The notes under the pieces: generated by a model
The model's database searches: none
What the model was told of the DNA's origin: nothing
The model's input: only the letters and a program-made list of their open reading frames with translations
In this document: positions 40,278-43,454 of the stretch, piece after piece
Numbering within the stretch: position 1 is the first letter of the stretch
Layout of the letters: every line of letters begins with the position of its first letter
Position numbers and translations under genes: made by a program
Origin: Nitrospira japonica
GTDB taxonomy: Bacteria > Nitrospirota > Thermodesulfovibrionia > Thermodesulfovibrionales > SM23-35
DNA length: 43,454 nt
Assembly (NCBI GenBank): GCA_020725385.1
Contig: DYFC01000057.1
Coordinates: 1-43,454 of the forward strand
Direction: 5' to 3'

Positions 40278-41440
40278 AAATACCTCTTTCATACAGTTTG
40301 CGAAATTTATGGACAAGAAGACTGACTACTTCTTTAACAATTGGAGGCATGGCTCTTGTAGTGTTTGTCTTTGCTGCAGTCCTGATGCTTGCTGAAGGTT
40401 TACAAAAAACACTTGTTGAAACAGGTTCAGATGACAATGTGGTAGTAATTAGAAAATCTGCCGGCTCTGAAGTGCAGAGTGGAATAGATAGAGTTCAGGC
40501 ATCAATAATTGAAACCCAACCCGGGATAGCAATTGATGCTGATGGCAAAAGAATGGTCGCAAAAGAAATTGTTGTATTGATAGCTCTTCCTAAAAAGAGC
40601 ACAAACAAACCTTCAAATGTTGTTATAAGAGGTATTGGAGAGAAATCTCTTGATCTACGGCGTCAGGTTAAAATTTCAGAAGGCCGTATGCCTGTTTCTG
40701 GCTCAACAGAAATTGTAATAGGTAAAAGCATAGCAAAGAGATTTAAGTCAGGAAAGGTTGGAGAAGTTTTACGTTTCGGGATGAGAGATTGGCGTATTGT
40801 GGGTATTTTTGATGCAGGCAATACCGGCTTCAGTTCAGAAGTATGGGGAGATGCTGATATTCTTATGCAGACTTTTAGGCGTCAGGCATATTCTTCTGTA
40901 ATTTTTAGGTTGCAGAATCCTTCAGAGTTTGAAGTCATAAAACAGAAAATTGAAAGCGATCCGAGACTCACACTTGAAGCCAGAAAAGAAACAAAATACT
41001 ACAGAGACCAATCAGAAATGATGGCAAAATTCCTGCGCATACTCGGGATTTCTTTAACAATTATTTTCTCTTTGGGCGCTATAATTGGTGCTATGATAAC
41101 TATGTATGCAGCGGTTGCAAATAGAATTGCTGAAATAGGAACATTAAGAGCGCTTGGTTTTCAGAGAAGAAATATTCTTGCAGCATTCGTTATGGAATCT
41201 TTATTTCTCGGATTAATTGGTGGCTTTACAGGGCTTATATTTGCATCGTTTCTTCAGCTTTACACGATTTCTACTATGAACTGGGCTACGTTTTCCGAAC
41301 TCGCATTTAGTTTTGAACTCTCTCCGGATATTATTTGGGAATCGATACTTTTTTCTCTTATAATGGGTTTAACAGGCGGAATGCTTCCAGCGATAAGAGC
41401 TTCAAGAATGAATATTGTTGAAGCTTTAAGAGGAGAGTAA
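40274..41440 (+). CDS. ABC permease, MacB/FtsX family
   Basis: Same topology; RIAEIGTLRALGF, PAIRASR. Confidence 0.9.
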   Translation: MKIPLSYSLRNLWTRRLTTSLTIGGMALVVFVFAAVLMLAEGLQKTLVETGSDDNVVVIRKSAGSEVQSGIDRVQASIIETQPGIAIDADGKRMVAKEIVVLIALPKKSTNKPSNVVIRGIGEKSLDLRRQVKISEGRMPVSGSTEIVIGKSIAKRFKSGKVGEVLRFGMRDWRIVGIFDAGNTGFSSEVWGDADILMQTFRRQAYSSVIFRLQNPSEFEVIKQKIESDPRLTLEARKETKYYRDQSEMMAKFLRILGISLTIIFSLGAIIGAMITMYAAVANRIAEIGTLRALGFQRRNILAAFVMESLFLGLIGGFTGLIFASFLQLYTISTMNWATFSELAFSFELSPDIIWESILFSLIMGLTGGMLPAIRASRMNIVEALRGE

Positions 41441-41448
41441 ATGAGGTT

Positions 41449-42081
41449 TTATATTGAACTCGAAGGGCAAATATCTTTTAATACACATTTATCATGAGCA
41501 GGTTTTTTTGCCTGGCATACATTTCTACCATGCAATATAAGAAGATTAGAAAGTTTATTCCAATCCTTCTGCGGAGTAATAGCCATAAGGTCCTGCTCTA
41601 TTTTGACAGGATTTTCATTCTTAGTAAGACCGAGCAATTTTGAGAGTCTTTTAACATGTGTATCTACCGCTATACCCTGATTTATTCCATAAGCTTCTGA
41701 AAGAACAATATTTGCTGTTTTCCTTGCTACACCCGGTAAAGTTATTAGTTCTTCCATTGTATTAGGTACATTTCCTTTGAAGTTCTTGATTATCAACTTA
41801 GCAGCTTCCTGAATATTTTTAGCCTTTGTCTTATAGTAATTTACCGAATTAACATCTTTTTGTAATTCTTCAATAGAAACCTTTGCATAATCTTTTATAG
41901 TCTTATATTTTTTAAAAAGCTTCTCGGTAACTTTATTTACAAGGGTATCTGTAGCCTGAGCTGAAAGAATAGTCGAAACAAGAAGCTCAAATGGAGTTGA
42001 AAATTTCAATGCCGTCCTGGCATCGGGATATTCTTTCTTGAGACGTTCCAGAATTTCATTAATTTTTTCCTTATTATTCAT
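41449..42081 (-). CDS. nth: Endonuclease III
   Basis: PFELLVSTILSAQATD, HhH LPGVARKTA, AVDTHV; Fe-S motif variant C-x6-H-x2-C-x5-C. Confidence 0.93.
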   Translation of the reverse strand: MNNKEKINEILERLKKEYPDARTALKFSTPFELLVSTILSAQATDTLVNKVTEKLFKKYKTIKDYAKVSIEELQKDVNSVNYYKTKAKNIQEAAKLIIKNFKGNVPNTMEELITLPGVARKTANIVLSEAYGINQGIAVDTHVKRLSKLLGLTKNENPVKIEQDLMAITPQKDWNKLSNLLILHGRNVCQAKKPAHDKCVLKDICPSSSI

Positions 42082-43292
42082 AATGTCCCTTTTATAAAAT
42101 AATCCATAAGCTTCCAGCCTTCTTCAATAAACAAAACGTCCTCACGTAAAGTTATTGACTCATCAAAAGTATTATCTACGTTATTTTTTTCGTTGTTACT
42201 GTCGTAAATTACAAAAGGTACAGGTTCGTCTGTGTGAGTCTTAACAGCAACAGGAGTAGCATGATCGGGGAGAACTAAAATTCTATAATCTTTAAAAGAA
42301 GACATGCCACTCAATACAGTCCCGACTACAAGTGAATCAATATCCTCTATTGCCTTTATTTTGTGTCTGTAATTTCCGGAATGTCCTGCTTCATCGGGAG
42401 CTTCAACATGTATATAAACAATATCTACCCTATTCAAAGCATCGAGAGCAGCTTTTGCTTTACCAATATAATTTGTATCAATATATCCTGTGATACCGGG
42501 AACCTGAAGAATCTCAAATCCTGCATTAATTCCCAGACCCCTCATTAAATCAACCGCAGAAACCAGAGCACCTTCAAGATTATATTTTTCCTTGAAAGTT
42601 GGGATATTAAGCTTTTTCCCCTGCCCCCAAAACCATATGCTATTAGCCGGTCTTTTACCGTTTTTAACTCTTTCGCAATTCACAGGATGCCGTTCAAGGA
42701 CAGTTGTTGATTTCAACATAAGTTCCCTTAATGTATCTTCTCCTTCACCAACAGGCAGATAGTCAGCTATTTCTTTACCGGTAATATCATGCGGTGGTGT
42801 ACACTCAACATTAACCGGGCCCGATGACCAGACCATAATATGTCTGTAACTTACCCCCGGATAAAAATTAATTGTTTCAGAGCTAAATTCTTTTTGAATA
42901 TCATTAATAAGCTTTTTGGCTTCATCGGTTGTTATGTGATCGCTACTGTAATCTTCCATAACAGCCTTTGTTTTATCTTTGTTATATTTCAAAGTAACAA
43001 GATTACATCTATATGCCACATCATCTGGTTTAAGGTCTATGCCAATACTCAAAGCTTCCAGAGGAGCTCTTCCTGAGTAAAATTTACGTGGATTATAACC
43101 AAGAATATTTAGATTTGCTATATCAGAGCCCGGATGGAATCCTTCGGGCACAGTCTTGATTTTACCCGTAATTCCTTTTTGTACAAGAAAATCAAGATTG
43201 GGAGTATTTGCTACCTGCAAAGGGGTTCTACCCTCAAGTTCTTCTAATGGTCTGTCAGCCATTCCATCGCCAATTATTACTACATATTTCAT
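42078..43292 (-). CDS. apgM: Cofactor-independent phosphoglycerate mutase family protein (ApgM-type, proposed homoserine kinase subfamily)
   Basis: IGDGMAD, RTPL, PGSD serine nucleophile, SGRAPLEA, HVEAPDEAGH, PDHATP...TH. Confidence 0.85.
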   Translation of the reverse strand: MKYVVIIGDGMADRPLEELEGRTPLQVANTPNLDFLVQKGITGKIKTVPEGFHPGSDIANLNILGYNPRKFYSGRAPLEALSIGIDLKPDDVAYRCNLVTLKYNKDKTKAVMEDYSSDHITTDEAKKLINDIQKEFSSETINFYPGVSYRHIMVWSSGPVNVECTPPHDITGKEIADYLPVGEGEDTLRELMLKSTTVLERHPVNCERVKNGKRPANSIWFWGQGKKLNIPTFKEKYNLEGALVSAVDLMRGLGINAGFEILQVPGITGYIDTNYIGKAKAALDALNRVDIVYIHVEAPDEAGHSGNYRHKIKAIEDIDSLVVGTVLSGMSSFKDYRILVLPDHATPVAVKTHTDEPVPFVIYDSNNEKNNVDNTFDESITLREDVLFIEEGWKLMDYFIKGTL

Positions 43293-43454
43293 CCGGAGTT
43301 TACCTCTTCTTAATTATTTTAAAACTTACATATATATTACTTCAAATGATATAACAATAAAACTAAAATTTAACCTGAAAAATGCATTTGAAGTAATGCA
43401 GATGTTGCGAAAAAATTTATTTTTCGATACCTTAGTGTACGTTTAAAGATGATT

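Overview
AT-rich bacterial chromosomal window using the standard genetic code. Gene content (rimO, hemL, ferritin-korAB, mlaEFD, AsmA/YdbL-like genes, apgM-like) suggests an anaerobic diderm, most likely Nitrospirota/Thermodesulfovibrionia-like; this is inference. Housekeeping blocks are rmuC, uvrA, rimO, peptide ABC, mlaEFD, thrC-metB, prsA, hemL, korAB, MacAB-like ABC, nth and apgM. They are interrupted by an accessory zone at about 13.0-22.5 kb. That zone holds a Phd-VapC toxin-antitoxin (TA) pair, a collapsed Fe-S ATPase/radical SAM operon behind a Fur-like box, a NUDIX hydrolase plus a stand-alone LigD phosphoesterase, a broken AbiEii-type module, a Sec-secreted Rhs toxin with two small membrane immunity candidates, and a DNA methyltransferase remnant. 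Best leads: (1) an Rhs C-terminal Zn-dependent PLC/P1-fold toxin whose essential Trp1 appears to be exposed exactly at the Rhs self-cleavage site; (2) an unassigned basic/acidic two-gene module at 431-837; (3) a plant-like threonine synthase plus cystathionine gamma-synthase operon; (4) a hidden 7-Cys ORF missed by the ORF track; (5) an MNT-HEPN module inserted between korA and korB. No rRNA, tRNA, CRISPR array, integrase or transposase was recognised. All family calls come from visual motif recognition, not from database searches.
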